From Nitrospirota bacterium (GTDB lineage Bacteria > Nitrospirota > UBA9217): a stretch of DNA of 64,000 bases. The notes under the pieces were generated by a model. The model had not been told where the DNA came from and ran no database searches. It worked only from the letters and a program-made list of their open reading frames with translations. A program made the translations under genes and the position numbers. Within the stretch, counting starts at the first letter, position 1. The number at the start of each line of letters is the position of its first letter. The stretch is taken from NCBI GenBank assembly GCA_963751455.1, contig CAVVUN010000015.1, forward strand, positions 96,001 through 160,000, read 5' to 3'. Positions 1 to 10,336 of the stretch are shown here, piece after piece.

Positions 1-154
1 CATGAGGACGCTTCAGGACGCGGTGCAGTTTGCTTCGTCGCGGGCTTCTCAGGGGGACGTTGTGCTTCTTTCGCCTGCCTGCGCGAGCTTTGACATGTTC
101 AAAGACTTCGAGGACCGGGGGAGGCAGTTCAAAGAAGCGGTGCGCGCGCTCTAG
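1..154 (+). CDS. murD: UDP-N-acetylmuramoyl-L-alanine--D-glutamate ligase, 3' end (partial)
   Basis: Frame from nt 2 reads ...[33 protein letters not shown], the MurD C-terminal signature; lies directly upstream of ftsW. Confidence 0.95.
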   Translation, partial: MRTLQDAVQFASSRASQGDVVLLSPACASFDMFKDFEDRGRQFKEAVRAL

Positions 155-179
155 CGCAAGTGCGGAGTGGGAAGTATTC

Positions 180-259
180 GTTTGTTTGGTTTGTCTGGTT
201 AATTTGGTTTGTCGGGTTAGAACCAAACAAACTAAACAAGCACAATAACCAAGTAAACC
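180..259. repeat. 9-nt-period tandem repeat followed by its inverse (hairpin)
   Basis: gtttgtttg gtttgtctg gttaatttg gtttgtcgg gtt, then aaccaaaca aactaaaca agcacaata accaagtaa acc. Confidence 0.85.
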
Positions 260-287
260 GAAATGGAATGTGGAGTTCAGAGTGCAA

Positions 288-1394
288 ATGAGACTGGACC
301 ACAAGGGACACTATGACGCGACACTTCTCTTCACGATCCTGTCGCTGCTCGTAATCAGCGTCGTCATGGTGTACAGTTCAAGCAGCGTCGTAGCGCTCAC
401 CGCCTATGATGACCCGGCTTTTTTCATGAAGCGCCAACTTCTGTGGGCGGTGCTCGGGCTCGGCGCCATGGCCGTGAGCATGCGCATAGACCATAGGGTG
501 CTTGCCGACCAGCGGCTCGTGATCGCGCTCGTTGTCGTCTGCCTGCTGCTGCTCGGGATGACCCTCATTCCCGGAGTCGGCAGAATGGCGAACGGGTCAA
601 GGCGCTGGCTTCGCCTGGGGATCCTTTCATTTCAGCCCTCGGAATTAGCAAAGCTCGGGCTTGTGGTCTATATGAGCTACTTCATAGCGAAAAAGGGAGA
701 GCGCATTCGTGACTTCATGAACGGACTGGTGCCGGCTTACGTGGTTTCGGCCGTCTTCCTCGGAGTCGTTATACTTCAGCCTGATTTCGGCGCCGGCATG
801 ACGCTTGCCGCGGTCGTAGGAATCATGCTGTTCGCAGGAGGCGCGAACCTGCTGCATCTCGCGGGGACAGCTCTTGCGGCGCTGCCAATCGTTTTTTTTG
901 CTGTTGCGGGAAGCGCCTACCGGCTCCGCAGAATATTCGCGTTCCTCGACCCGTGGGGGGACCCGCATGGCTCGGGGCATCAGATCATCCAGTCGTTTCT
1001 GGCTTTCGGCAGCGGCGGTCTTCTCGGCCGCGGGCTTGGCGAAGGCAGGCAGAAGCTCCTGTTTTTGCCGGAACGGCATTCCGACTTTATCTACGCAGTG
1101 ATCGGCGAGGAACTGGGCCTTCTCGGTGCGCTTTCGGTGCTGGCGCTTTTTCTGATCCTTTTATGGCGCGGCGTTCGCACTGCACTGGCGAGCGGCGAGA
1201 CGTTCAGCCGAATGCTAGCACTCGGCATAACGCTCCTCGCCTGCATGCAAGGTATGATCAATATGGCTGTTGTGACCGGACTTTTGCCGACCAAGGGCAT
1301 TGCACTGCCGCTGGTCAGTTACGGCGGCTCATCGCTGATGGTCACGATGGCCGCGCTGGGCGTGCTGCTGAATATTTCGCGGGAAACGGCGTGA
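288..1394 (+). CDS. ftsW: Peptidoglycan glycosyltransferase FtsW (SEDS family)
   Basis: RRWLRLG, FQPSELAK, QPDFG, LPERHSDFI, LPTKG..LPLVSYGGSS motifs; dcw order; start chosen at ATG 288. Confidence 0.95.
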   Translation: MRLDHKGHYDATLLFTILSLLVISVVMVYSSSSVVALTAYDDPAFFMKRQLLWAVLGLGAMAVSMRIDHRVLADQRLVIALVVVCLLLLGMTLIPGVGRMANGSRRWLRLGILSFQPSELAKLGLVVYMSYFIAKKGERIRDFMNGLVPAYVVSAVFLGVVILQPDFGAGMTLAAVVGIMLFAGGANLLHLAGTALAALPIVFFAVAGSAYRLRRIFAFLDPWGDPHGSGHQIIQSFLAFGSGGLLGRGLGEGRQKLLFLPERHSDFIYAVIGEELGLLGALSVLALFLILLWRGVRTALASGETFSRMLALGITLLACMQGMINMAVVTGLLPTKGIALPLVSYGGSSLMVTMAALGVLLNISRETA

Positions 1395-1400
1395 AAAGAT

Positions 1401-1567
1401 ATTGCGGAGTGCGGATTGCAGCCTGCACTCGCGCGAGCACTGCTTAGACTCATTGTCGTACCATCTCGCTGAGTAAGGCTTAGACCCTTTGTCGACCATC
1501 GCACTGAGAAACGTGTGACGGGAATCAAGGACCTCATAAGCGCTGGCCGCAGGCGGATTGCGGAATG
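1401..1567. repeat. Heptamer (GATTGCG-type) repeat carrying a nested mini-element and a 100-nt insert
   Basis: Flanks match the copy at 4991-5062 (gcggattgcagcctgcactcgcgc ... cataagcgctggccgcaggcgga); 1435-1534 replaces the 4 nt ttcg. Confidence 0.85.
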
Positions 1568-1602
1568 AAAAACGAATTCAAAGAAGCAAAATCGGAAACA
1601 TC

Positions 1603-2679
1603 ATGAAGATTATTATCGCCGCCGGAGGAACGGGAGGGCATTTGTACCCGGGAATCGCCATAGCGCGCGAACTGCTTCGGGCACCGGGAAATGAAGTGCT
1701 TTTCGTGGGCACTCAGCAGGGAATCGAGGCAAAGGTGCTGCCTAAGGAGGCGCTTCCGGTTCGTTTCATAACGGTCGGAAAGATCAAGGGCATGAACATC
1801 GGATCGATAACAAAGACGCTGGTTACGCTGCCGCGAAGCATTGTTCAGTCGGTCAGCCTGCTGCGCGAAACACGGCCGGACGCGGTCATAGGCGTCGGCG
1901 GCTACTCGTCGGGTCCCGTAGCGCTTGCGGCGCTGCTGCGGAGAACACCGCTTTTCATTGTTGAGCCCAATTCATATGCCGGGCTCGCAAACAGGGTGCT
2001 GGGGAAGGTCGCGAACAGGATAATCCTCTGCTTTCCGGGCACTGACCGTCATAATTTTTTTCCCAAAAAGAAGACGATAACCATGGGGCCGCTGGTACGA
2101 CAAGGAATCGAGCTCGGCAACCGCGATAAAGCGTTCAAGGACTTCGACCTCGATCCCGGGAAGTTTACAGTCTTTATCATGGGAGGTAGCGGAGGGGCCC
2201 ATGCCATTAACCTGGCGATGAAGCAGGCGGCCGCGCTCCTGACGGACCGCCCGGATCTGCAGGTCCTTCACCAGACCGGAGAAATGGATGCGGCCGATAT
2301 AAGGGCCGGGTACCGCACGGCACGCGTGAAGGCCACAGTGCTTCCCTTCATCCACGATATGGCGGGCGCGTATGCGGCAGCGGACCTCGTCGTCTCCCGG
2401 TCGGGCGCCACCACAGTGGCGGAGCTCGCGGTCTGCGGCAAGCGTGCGGTGCTTGTTCCCTATCCTTTTGCAGCGGACAATCATCAGGAATATAATGCGA
2501 GGACCCTTGCGGCGAGGGGCGCGGCCGAAGTAATTGTACAAAAGGAGCTGACTCCGAAAAGACTGGCGGAATTGATTCTGAAATATGCGGGGGCCCGTGC
2601 GGAAGCTGCGGCTCCGCAGGCAAATACAGCAGCGAAGGAGATCGCAGAGATCTGCAAGAACTATGTTCAAGAAAATTAA
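1603..2679 (+). CDS. murG: Undecaprenyl-PP-MurNAc-pentapeptide GlcNAc transferase MurG
   Basis: [38 protein letters not shown] motifs; start at ATG 1603 (MKIIIAAGG). Confidence 0.97.
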   Translation: MKIIIAAGGTGGHLYPGIAIARELLRAPGNEVLFVGTQQGIEAKVLPKEALPVRFITVGKIKGMNIGSITKTLVTLPRSIVQSVSLLRETRPDAVIGVGGYSSGPVALAALLRRTPLFIVEPNSYAGLANRVLGKVANRIILCFPGTDRHNFFPKKKTITMGPLVRQGIELGNRDKAFKDFDLDPGKFTVFIMGGSGGAHAINLAMKQAAALLTDRPDLQVLHQTGEMDAADIRAGYRTARVKATVLPFIHDMAGAYAAADLVVSRSGATTVAELAVCGKRAVLVPYPFAADNHQEYNARTLAARGAAEVIVQKELTPKRLAELILKYAGARAEAAAPQANTAAKEIAEICKNYVQEN

Positions 2680-4045
2680 ACACATTCATTTCGTCGGTAT
2701 CGGCGGCATCGGCATGAGCGGCATCGCCGAGGTGCTGCTGAATCTGGGATATAAAGTTTCCGGGTCGGACATGAGGGAGTCGGAGATTACCGAGCGGCTC
2801 AAAAAGCTGGGTGCTGATATTTTCATCGGCCACCGGGCAGAGAACATCGCTGAACCGCATGTCGTTGTGATCTCGTCGGCGGTGAAGGCTGACAATCTCG
2901 AAGTTATTGCTGCGCGGGAAAAGCAGATTCCGGTCATCCCGCGCGCCGAGATGCTCGCAGAGCTGATGCGGCTCAAATACGGCGTGGCGATCGCGGGCGC
3001 CCACGGGAAAACAACGACGACATCGATGGTCGCGACGGTCCTTGCGGCCGGCGGCATCGACCCAACCGTGGTTATCGGCGGAAAGCTGAACAGCATCGGC
3101 ACGAACGCAAAGCTTGGGCAGGGCGAGTTCCTGGTGGCGGAGGCGGACGAGAGCGACGGGAGTTTTCTGAAGCTTTCGCCTACAATAGCGGTAGTAACGA
3201 CGATCGACGCCGAGCATCTGGATTATTACAAGGACATTGACGAGATCAAGAGCGCGTTTCTGGCTTTTATAAATAAGGTGCCTTTCTACGGCGTTTCTGT
3301 GCTGTGCCTGGACCAGCCCCATATTCAATCGCTCATTCCTTCGCTGCAGAAGCGGTACCAGACATACGGCATGACCTCGCAGGCCGATTACCAGGCAAAA
3401 GAAGTTTCCCTGAAGCCGCTCGGCTCCCGGTTCAAAGTGATTCATCACGACCAGGATCTCGGGTGGTTCGAGCTCTCGGTGCCCGGTGTTCATAATATCA
3501 ATAACAGTCTGGCGGCAATAGCGGTGGCACGGGAACTGGATATGGATGTCGAGGTTATCAGGAAAGCCATCAAGGAGTTCAGCGGGGTGCAGCGGCGTTT
3601 CCAGATCAAGGGAGAGGCAAAGGGGATCATCGTGGTGGACGATTACGGGCATCATCCCACGGAGGTGAAGGCGACGCTTGCCGCAGCGGCATCGGGCCTC
3701 GAACGCCGGGTAGTGGTTGTGTTCCAGCCTCACCGGTACACCAGGACACAGCATCTTCTTGAGGAATTCTTTACCGCCTTTAATCAGGCGGACAAGCTTA
3801 TCATGATGGACATCTACGCCGCAGGAGAAAAACCGATACCGGGCGTCTCCGGAGAGGCGCTGTACGAGGGAATAAAAAAACACGGACATCGGGACGTGAC
3901 CTACATTGCAGACAAGGAAAAGATCGCAGACCACATGGCTGAGGTTCTCAGGCGCGGCGATTTGATGATCACGCTGGGAGCGGGCGACGTTTGGAAAATC
4001 GGCGAGCAGGTACTGGAAAGGCTGAATTCGCAGCAGAAAGCGTAG
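2663..4045 (+). CDS. murC: UDP-N-acetylmuramate--L-alanine ligase
   Basis: [45 protein letters not shown]; overlaps the end of murG. Confidence 0.97.
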   Translation: MFKKIKHIHFVGIGGIGMSGIAEVLLNLGYKVSGSDMRESEITERLKKLGADIFIGHRAENIAEPHVVVISSAVKADNLEVIAAREKQIPVIPRAEMLAELMRLKYGVAIAGAHGKTTTTSMVATVLAAGGIDPTVVIGGKLNSIGTNAKLGQGEFLVAEADESDGSFLKLSPTIAVVTTIDAEHLDYYKDIDEIKSAFLAFINKVPFYGVSVLCLDQPHIQSLIPSLQKRYQTYGMTSQADYQAKEVSLKPLGSRFKVIHHDQDLGWFELSVPGVHNINNSLAAIAVARELDMDVEVIRKAIKEFSGVQRRFQIKGEAKGIIVVDDYGHHPTEVKATLAAAASGLERRVVVVFQPHRYTRTQHLLEEFFTAFNQADKLIMMDIYAAGEKPIPGVSGEALYEGIKKHGHRDVTYIADKEKIADHMAEVLRRGDLMITLGAGDVWKIGEQVLERLNSQQKA

Positions 4046-4079
4046 TGTCGGAGTAAAAAAACTGAATACGGAGCATACC

Positions 4080-4988
4080 ATGCAAATCGCAAACTTTAAG
4101 GGAGAGATTAAAAAGAACGAGCCGTTGAGCATGCACACCTCATTTGCGGTCGGCGGTCCTGCCGATATTGTGGCGTATCCGACCGACCGGGAGGACCTGG
4201 TCTCGCTTTTAAAAGAGATCAAAAAGCGCGGAATGAAATATTTCATTCTGGGCGGCGGCACCAACCTGCTTGTCCGCGACGGCGGTTTTCGCGGGGCTGT
4301 GATAAAGCTCGAGCGCCTTGCTGCGGTCAGGATCGAACGTGAATATCGGTCGGTAGGCGGCGCCTTCGCCGCTGTGTATGCGCAGGCGGGTGTGCCCCTG
4401 CCGAAGCTCCATTTTTTCGCGGCCGAACAGGGGCTTACCGGGCTCGAATTCGCAACAGGCATACCGGGAACCGTAGGCGGGGCCATCTGCATGAACGCGG
4501 GAACCGCGGCGGGAGAGACAGGTGACGTTATCGAATCAGTTACGCTGCTGTCTCCTGAAGGAGAGGTCATCACCAGACTGAGGGATGAGATGTCCTTCGG
4601 TTATCGCAGTTCTCGTATTCCGGACGGGCATCTGGTTGTCGATGCCATATTCATTCTGCGGCGGGACGATAAGGAGAAAATCAAGGCGCGTATCAGGGAG
4701 CTGCTGGAAAAGCGGAAGCAGGGCCAGCCGCTGAATTTCCCGAATGCGGGCTCCATCTTCAAAAATCCGCAGGAGGTGCCCGCCGGCCGGCTTATCGAGA
4801 CTGCGAAGCTGAAGGGAAAAAGGGTCGGAGACGCTGAGGTTTCCGACAAGCATGCAAACTTCATCGTAAATACGGGAAAGGCGACAGCCAGGGACGTGCT
4901 CGCGCTCATGGAGATTGTAAAGCAGACCGTGCTTGATGTGCATGGTGTGCGGCTCGAACCGGAAATAAAAATAATCGGAGAAGACTAA
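4080..4988 (+). CDS. murB: UDP-N-acetylenolpyruvoylglucosamine reductase
   Basis: GGGTNLLV, GIPGTVGGAICMNAG, NAGSIFKNP, KHANFIVN, LEPEI. Confidence 0.97.
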   Translation: MQIANFKGEIKKNEPLSMHTSFAVGGPADIVAYPTDREDLVSLLKEIKKRGMKYFILGGGTNLLVRDGGFRGAVIKLERLAAVRIEREYRSVGGAFAAVYAQAGVPLPKLHFFAAEQGLTGLEFATGIPGTVGGAICMNAGTAAGETGDVIESVTLLSPEGEVITRLRDEMSFGYRSSRIPDGHLVVDAIFILRRDDKEKIKARIRELLEKRKQGQPLNFPNAGSIFKNPQEVPAGRLIETAKLKGKRVGDAEVSDKHANFIVNTGKATARDVLALMEIVKQTVLDVHGVRLEPEIKIIGED

Positions 4989-4990
4989 CT

Positions 4991-5062
4991 GATTGCGGAT
5001 TGCAGCCTGCACTCGCGCTTCGCATAAGCGCTGGCCGCAGGCGGAATGTGGATTGCGGAATG
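4991..5062. repeat. Heptamer repeat with a nested 39-nt palindromic mini-element
   Basis: gattgcg gattgc[agcctgcactcgcgcttcgcataagcgctggccgcaggc]g gaatgtg gattgcg gaatg. Confidence 0.85.
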
Positions 5063-5117
5063 TTTCGGACCGACGAACCGCAGTTCGTCTTCACCCAACT
5101 CAGCTTAAAGGAGCAGT

Positions 5118-6041
5118 ATGAGTTTAGTTACCGATAAAAAAATAGGGGTTCTTCTGGGAGGACTGTCATCGGAGCGCGAGGTGTCTCTCGCGAGCGGGAA
5201 TGCAATCCTGAAGGCGCTGAAGGAAAAGGGCTACCACCCGGTTGCGATTGATGTAAACAAGGACATTGCGCAAAAGCTCCATGAAGCCCGGATCGAAATT
5301 GCCTTTATCGCGCTTCACGGCAGGTTCGGCGAGGATGGGGCGATTCAGGGACTGCTCGAGGTCATGGGCATTCCCTACACCGGCTCCGGGATATTGGCCA
5401 GCGCCATAGGCATGAACAAATCAGTATCAAAGCAGGTGTTCCGGGCGCATGGGCTGCTTGTAGGCCCGTATGAAATTGTCTACACCGGAGACCGGCACAG
5501 CATACAGCAGATTCTCGATACAATCCGGTTTCCTGCTGTTATCAAGCCGCATGCTGAGGGATCAAGCGTCGGGGTGAGTCTTGTCTTCAAGAAGGAAGAC
5601 GTGGCGCCTGCCGTGGAGCTGGCATTCAGGTACGGCAATGAGATCCTGATCGAAAAATTCATAAAAGGCAAGGAAGTCCAGGTGGGCATTCTCGGCAACC
5701 GCGCGCTCGGCGCAATCGAGATCGTTCCGAAGCGGGCATTTTACGACTACGAAGCGAAATATGAAGCCGGCATGTCAGATCATTTTTTCCCGGCCCGCAT
5801 CCCGGATGACATATACAAAAGAACACTCGATGCGGGGCTGGCTGCTCATCGCGCCATCGGCTGCCGGGGCTACAGCAGGGTCGATTTTATCATTGACGAA
5901 GTAGGTCTGCCCTATATCCTGGAAGTCAACACGCTTCCGGGAATGACAGCGACCAGCCTGCTTCCCGAAATAGCGAAAGGGGTCGGAATATCGTTCCCGG
6001 ACCTGGTTGAGGAAATATTGAGGCTGGCGGTTATGGAATGA
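5118..6041 (+). CDS. ddl: D-alanine--D-alanine ligase
   Basis: GGLSSEREVSL, LHGRFGEDG, EGSSVG, YDYEAKY, SRVDF, LEVNTLPGMT. Confidence 0.97.
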   Translation: MSLVTDKKIGVLLGGLSSEREVSLASGNAILKALKEKGYHPVAIDVNKDIAQKLHEARIEIAFIALHGRFGEDGAIQGLLEVMGIPYTGSGILASAIGMNKSVSKQVFRAHGLLVGPYEIVYTGDRHSIQQILDTIRFPAVIKPHAEGSSVGVSLVFKKEDVAPAVELAFRYGNEILIEKFIKGKEVQVGILGNRALGAIEIVPKRAFYDYEAKYEAGMSDHFFPARIPDDIYKRTLDAGLAAHRAIGCRGYSRVDFIIDEVGLPYILEVNTLPGMTATSLLPEIAKGVGISFPDLVEEILRLAVME

Positions 6042-6097
6042 GCCGACCATGTCGGCGTTAATAGATAACGGCAACACGGTTGCCTTGGTCCAAAAAC

Positions 6098-6937
6098 ATG
6101 CGTGACTATAAAAATGTAAAAGTGCCAAGGGCCTATCGAACCACCGCGAAGCGGACGACCGTGAAGCGAGTTAATCGGATTTCGACCGGACCGGAGAAAA
6201 GTACAGGCCTGAAAGGAATTTTTCCGCAGGTACTCGTATTCTTTGTCATAGCAGGCGGGATCTGGCTGGGGTGGCAGGCATATATGCTGCTGACTAATGC
6301 CGAAATGTTCCAGATATCAGGCGTCGATGTGAAGGGCGTACAGCAGCTGGGCGAAGCGGACTTAAAGAAGATTGCCGGCGTATTCACCGGTCAGAACATA
6401 TTCCAAGCAGACATCGATGCGGCGGCCCGGCGTGCCCAGGCCAGTCCGTGGGTAAAGGAGGTCAGGATCCATCGAAGCCTCCCGAACAGGATTACGATGA
6501 CGTTCTTGGAGAGGGTTCCGCATGCGGTTCTCGATACAGGAACCGGCCGCTACCTCATGGACCGTGAGGGAGTGGTTATTGTCGGCTTGAAGGAAGCGGG
6601 CCGGGCCTGGGAGCTTCCGGTCATTGCGATCAAAGATTATAGCGCTACGCCAGGTCAGCCCGTAAGCCATGAATCCCTGGTCGAGGCGTTCACCCTTCTT
6701 GATGAAATAGCCGCGCGGGGAGGATGGAACGCCGCCGGTCTCACGGTCAAGGCCAACTCGCTGGAAACGCTGGCCCTCGTATATGCTGATCACGAGTTCA
6801 GAATCGGGAGCGGAAACTACAGTGAGAAGCTTCGCAGGCTTGCCGAGGTCATGGCCGATGCGAAAGAGCGTGGGTTGCAGGTGGCGTCTGTGGATGTGCG
6901 TGCGGAACGCCAGGCAGCAGTGATGGTGAGGAAATAA
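6098..6937 (+). CDS. ftsQ: Cell division protein FtsQ/DivIB
   Basis: Basic N-terminus, single TM helix, POTRA-like PWVKEVRIHRSLPNRI; located between ddl and ftsA. Confidence 0.88.
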   Translation: MRDYKNVKVPRAYRTTAKRTTVKRVNRISTGPEKSTGLKGIFPQVLVFFVIAGGIWLGWQAYMLLTNAEMFQISGVDVKGVQQLGEADLKKIAGVFTGQNIFQADIDAAARRAQASPWVKEVRIHRSLPNRITMTFLERVPHAVLDTGTGRYLMDREGVVIVGLKEAGRAWELPVIAIKDYSATPGQPVSHESLVEAFTLLDEIAARGGWNAAGLTVKANSLETLALVYADHEFRIGSGNYSEKLRRLAEVMADAKERGLQVASVDVRAERQAAVMVRK

Positions 6938-7055
6938 CGGGTTAGCGTTGATTGGCAACGAGGCCCGTATCGTATTGAATGGCAACGGTAACGTGATCTG
7001 CCTGACACGAACGACGTGACCGTCTGACGGAACGGGCATCGTGACCGTCACCGAT
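6937..7055. repeat. Intergenic hairpin with hexamer (ACGGTA/ACCGTC-like) units; related to 42759-42872
   Basis: cgaggcccgtatcgta ... gacggaacgggcatcgtgaccgtca, versus cgaggcccgtttcgta ... gacgatacgggcttcgtaaccgtca at 42786-42870. Confidence 0.7.
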
Positions 7056-7080
7056 TTGATGTGAGAACCGGAGGTGCGAC

Positions 7081-8304
7081 TTGGTAAAAAAACCGGACAA
7101 CGTGCTCGTGGGCCTGGACCTGGGAACCACGAAAGTCTGCGCGATTGTGGGCGAGGTGAAAGACGGCGGCCAGGTGGATATCATCGGGATCGGCATCAGT
7201 CCCTCTCACGGCCTGAAAAAAGGCGTGGTCGTCAACATCGACAGCACCGTGGAGTCCATAAAAAAGGCCGTCCAGGAGGCCGAACTCATGGCCGGAGTGG
7301 AGATAAACTCGGTCTATGTAGGCATCTCCGGGAGCCACATCAAGGGCATCAACTCGAGGGGTGTTGTTGCAATCAAGAATAAAGAGGTCGGCCCCTCGGA
7401 CATTGCACGCGTGATTGATGCGGCCCGGGCTGTGAACATCCCGATGGACCAGCAGGTCCTTCACGTGCTCCCCCAGGAATTTATCATAGACGACCAGGAC
7501 GGCATCAAGGACCCGCTCGGGATGTTCGGTGTCAGGCTGGAGGCAAAAGTCCATATCATAACCGGCGCCCTCACGTCCATCCAGAACATCGTGAAAAGCT
7601 GCTCCCGCGCAGGCCTGCACGTGAACGACCTGGTCCTTCAGCCGCTTGCATCGAGCCGCGCCGTTCTGACCGCCGAGGAGCAAAGCCTCGGTGTGGTCGT
7701 CGTGGATATCGGCGGCGGAACCACCGACGTGGCCCTCTTTCTAGAAGGAAGTCTCTGGCACAGCGAGGTGCTCCCGCTCGGCGGCAACCACCTGACAAAC
7801 GATATCGCGATCGGGCTTCGCACTCCCGCGTCGGAGGCGGAAAAGATCAAGATCAAATACGGGTGCGCCCTGTCGTCACTCGTAAAAAATGAGGAGACCC
7901 TTGACGTGCCGAGCGTGGGGGGGAGGCCTCCGCGCCTCCTTTCACGCCAGATCCTTTCCGAGATCATCGAACCCCGGGTTGAGGAGCTTTTCGGCATGGT
8001 TCAGCAGCGGCTCAAGAAGACCGGGTTCGAGGACATGTTTGCGTCGGGCCTCGTCATCACCGGGGGTGTAGCCCTGATGGAAGGCGTACAGGAGGCGGCT
8101 GAGCGATTTCTCGGTATGCCTATCCGAAGGGGAACGCCGAGAAACATCGGCGGACTCATGGATGTTGTCAACAGCCCGATCTACGCCACCGGCGTAGGGC
8201 TCGTGCTCCATGGCGCTGAAAATCAGCAGGCCTCTCCCCGAAAATTCAGGGCCGGCGGCGGAGCATTCAACAAGTTCTGGAAGTGGCTGGGAGAATACGT
8301 ATAG
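7081..8304 (+). CDS. ftsA: Cell division protein FtsA
   Basis: GLDLGTTKV, DIGGGTTD, VITGG, YATGVGL; TTG start preceded by GGAGGT. Confidence 0.97.
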   Translation: MVKKPDNVLVGLDLGTTKVCAIVGEVKDGGQVDIIGIGISPSHGLKKGVVVNIDSTVESIKKAVQEAELMAGVEINSVYVGISGSHIKGINSRGVVAIKNKEVGPSDIARVIDAARAVNIPMDQQVLHVLPQEFIIDDQDGIKDPLGMFGVRLEAKVHIITGALTSIQNIVKSCSRAGLHVNDLVLQPLASSRAVLTAEEQSLGVVVVDIGGGTTDVALFLEGSLWHSEVLPLGGNHLTNDIAIGLRTPASEAEKIKIKYGCALSSLVKNEETLDVPSVGGRPPRLLSRQILSEIIEPRVEELFGMVQQRLKKTGFEDMFASGLVITGGVALMEGVQEAAERFLGMPIRRGTPRNIGGLMDVVNSPIYATGVGLVLHGAENQQASPRKFRAGGGAFNKFWKWLGEYV

Positions 8305-8317
8305 CTAAAAGCGCTAT

Positions 8318-8418
8318 TGAAAAATGCAAATTGAAAATTGGAAATTGCAAAGCGAAGTGTTGAAAACATACAGCAAAGCGCGCGATTTCCAATCAACAAT
8401 TTCCAATGTTTTTGCAGT
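8318..8418. repeat. Heptamer (AAATTGC-type) tandem repeat plus degenerate inverse
   Basis: aaatgca aattgaa aattgga aattgca ... atttcca atcaaca atttcca atg. Confidence 0.75.
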
Positions 8419-8432
8419 AACCGGAGGGGACG

Positions 8433-9671
8433 ATGGACGATAATCTCGATTTTGGTTTCCAGGACATCATGGAATTTGTTGCGAACACGGGCAGCGGGGC
8501 GTCGGGAGATGCCCCATTACAGGAAACAGGCGAGGAGAGGAGGACTAACGGAATGTTCCAGTTTGCAGAAGAAAGGCTGCCTGCGGTCATCAAGGTGATC
8601 GGCGTGGGCGGCGGCGGGAGCAATGCCGTCAGCAGCATGGTTCAATCCGACATCAGGGGCGTGCAGTTCATCATTGTGAATACCGATATGCAGGCTCTGG
8701 AGCTTGCCCGGGCGCCGATCAAACTGCAGATCGGATCCAAGCTTACCTGCGGCAGGGGCGCCGGAGCAAATCCCGATATCGGCAGATCAGCTGCACTCGA
8801 GGACGCGGAAAAGATCAAGGCTGCCATGGCCGGCGCGGATATGGTATTCATTACAGCGGGGATGGGCGGCGGCACCGGAACAGGCGCGGCTCCTGTGATC
8901 GCAGGACTGGCGAGAGAGGTTGGGGCCCTCGCCGTCGGCGTTGTGACCAAACCGTTCAGTTTCGAGGGGATGACCAGGATGCATAAGGCGGAAGAGGGTA
9001 TCGCCGAACTCAAGAAGAGCGTGGACGCTCTCATCGTGATCCCGAATGAACGACTTCTTAATCTTGCTGAAAAGAAAACGACGCTCCTCGAATCCTTCAA
9101 GCTTGCCGACGACGTGCTCGGACAGGCTGTAAAAGGAATTTCAGATGTGGTGATGGTTCCCGGTTATGTGAACGTCGACTTTGCCGACGTCAAAACGGTA
9201 ATGTCCAGCCGCGGTCGCGCAGTCATGGGCACCGGCGTGGCCAAGGGCGAAAACCGCGCCATGGAGGCGGCCCAGAAGGCAATCGCAAGTCCGCTGCTGG
9301 AAGACGGTTCCATCAAAGGCGCCCGCGCCGTGCTTATCAACATAACCGGCGGGAACGACATGGGGATCTACGAGCTGAATGAGGCGTCGGCGATCATCAA
9401 GGAAGAAGTGGACCCGGGAGCGAACATTATTTTCGGCGCAGTGATCAACCCGGTCATGAGCGAGGAGGTAATGGTGACCGTGATTGCTACGGGGTTCGAC
9501 GAAGCGGGCGTCCATGAACGTCTGAAACGGCCGGTCAATCTGAAGGAATACATGAAGGTGGTGGAGAAGCCGAGGCGCAGGCAGGAGACCTTTGAGTTCA
9601 AGAATGACGCTCTCGGCATAGACCATGAAGACCTTGATAAGCCGACCTTTCTCAGGCGGCAGGCGGATTAG
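8433..9671 (+). CDS. ftsZ: Cell division protein FtsZ (alternative start at 8553)
   Basis: IKVIGVGGGG, GGGTGTG tubulin motif, NVDFADV, C-terminal DLDKPTFLRRQAD. Confidence 0.98.
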   Translation: MDDNLDFGFQDIMEFVANTGSGASGDAPLQETGEERRTNGMFQFAEERLPAVIKVIGVGGGGSNAVSSMVQSDIRGVQFIIVNTDMQALELARAPIKLQIGSKLTCGRGAGANPDIGRSAALEDAEKIKAAMAGADMVFITAGMGGGTGTGAAPVIAGLAREVGALAVGVVTKPFSFEGMTRMHKAEEGIAELKKSVDALIVIPNERLLNLAEKKTTLLESFKLADDVLGQAVKGISDVVMVPGYVNVDFADVKTVMSSRGRAVMGTGVAKGENRAMEAAQKAIASPLLEDGSIKGARAVLINITGGNDMGIYELNEASAIIKEEVDPGANIIFGAVINPVMSEEVMVTVIATGFDEAGVHERLKRPVNLKEYMKVVEKPRRRQETFEFKNDALGIDHEDLDKPTFLRRQAD

Positions 9672-9770
9672 GGCAAAAAAAAACCACAGTAAGCAGGGCC
9701 AGGAGAGGTTCTGCAAAATGTGGTTCGAATAGTTAGAATAAGTGCATCCCGTGGGACGCACACTGTGGTA

Positions 9771-10151
9771 TTAATGGGAGTTGCTGTGTTTATCGGCGCC
9801 GGCCGTTACCGCGGATGTACCCAGTATCGCCATTTTTTCCTTTTCCAGGGACCTGTCCATTCCGAGTCGCGTGTGAGAAAAACCGAGAGGAGTAGGCTCT
9901 TCTTCCCGCTTTACCGAGTTCATGAAGTCGCAGCGCCAGCAGTTGTTCAGTTTCTTTGCATACGTTCCCTGAATCTTTCCGCCGCAAAGCGATCCCGCGA
10001 TTACCCAGCATGCCCGCCCCGCGTTTGTTCCGCCGTGAGAGCCATTTAAATCGCTGTAAACCGTGACCGGGCAAATTCCGAGATCGGCCACCTTATTTCC
10101 GCCCGGCTGACGGCCGCATTTCTTATGCTCCCAACAGTTCGTTTTCGGCAT
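9771..10151 (-). CDS. Two-CW-domain Cys-rich protein
   Basis: NCWEHKKCGR...CPV...AGRACWVIAGSLC...CWRCDF pattern; AAGGGG RBS before ATG 10151. Confidence 0.75.
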   Translation of the reverse strand: MPKTNCWEHKKCGRQPGGNKVADLGICPVTVYSDLNGSHGGTNAGRACWVIAGSLCGGKIQGTYAKKLNNCWRCDFMNSVKREEEPTPLGFSHTRLGMDRSLEKEKMAILGTSAVTAGADKHSNSH

Positions 10152-10336
10152 ATTCAAATCCCCTTTCGTCGACCTGTTACATCCGTCTCAGATCAGTATA
10201 GCGTTCCTTCTCTAATGTTGCATATCTTTATACCTATCCGGCAAATCGTACGGATACTATACCGATAAAAAAAGCAGGTTGTCAACGAAATAGTTTGAAT
10301 GAAGATCATATTGTAATTAAAAGTTGATAATGTTTT

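Noticed and set aside
1442-1512. Mini-CRISPR interpretation of the 36-nt repeat pair
   Set aside because: The two copies are adjacent with no spacer and only 29 of 36 positions match.
2348-4573. 741-aa minus-strand ORF and the many other antisense ORFs over dcw and metabolic genes
   Set aside because: Shadow frames of well-supported genes in GC-rich coding sequence, with no recognisable motifs.
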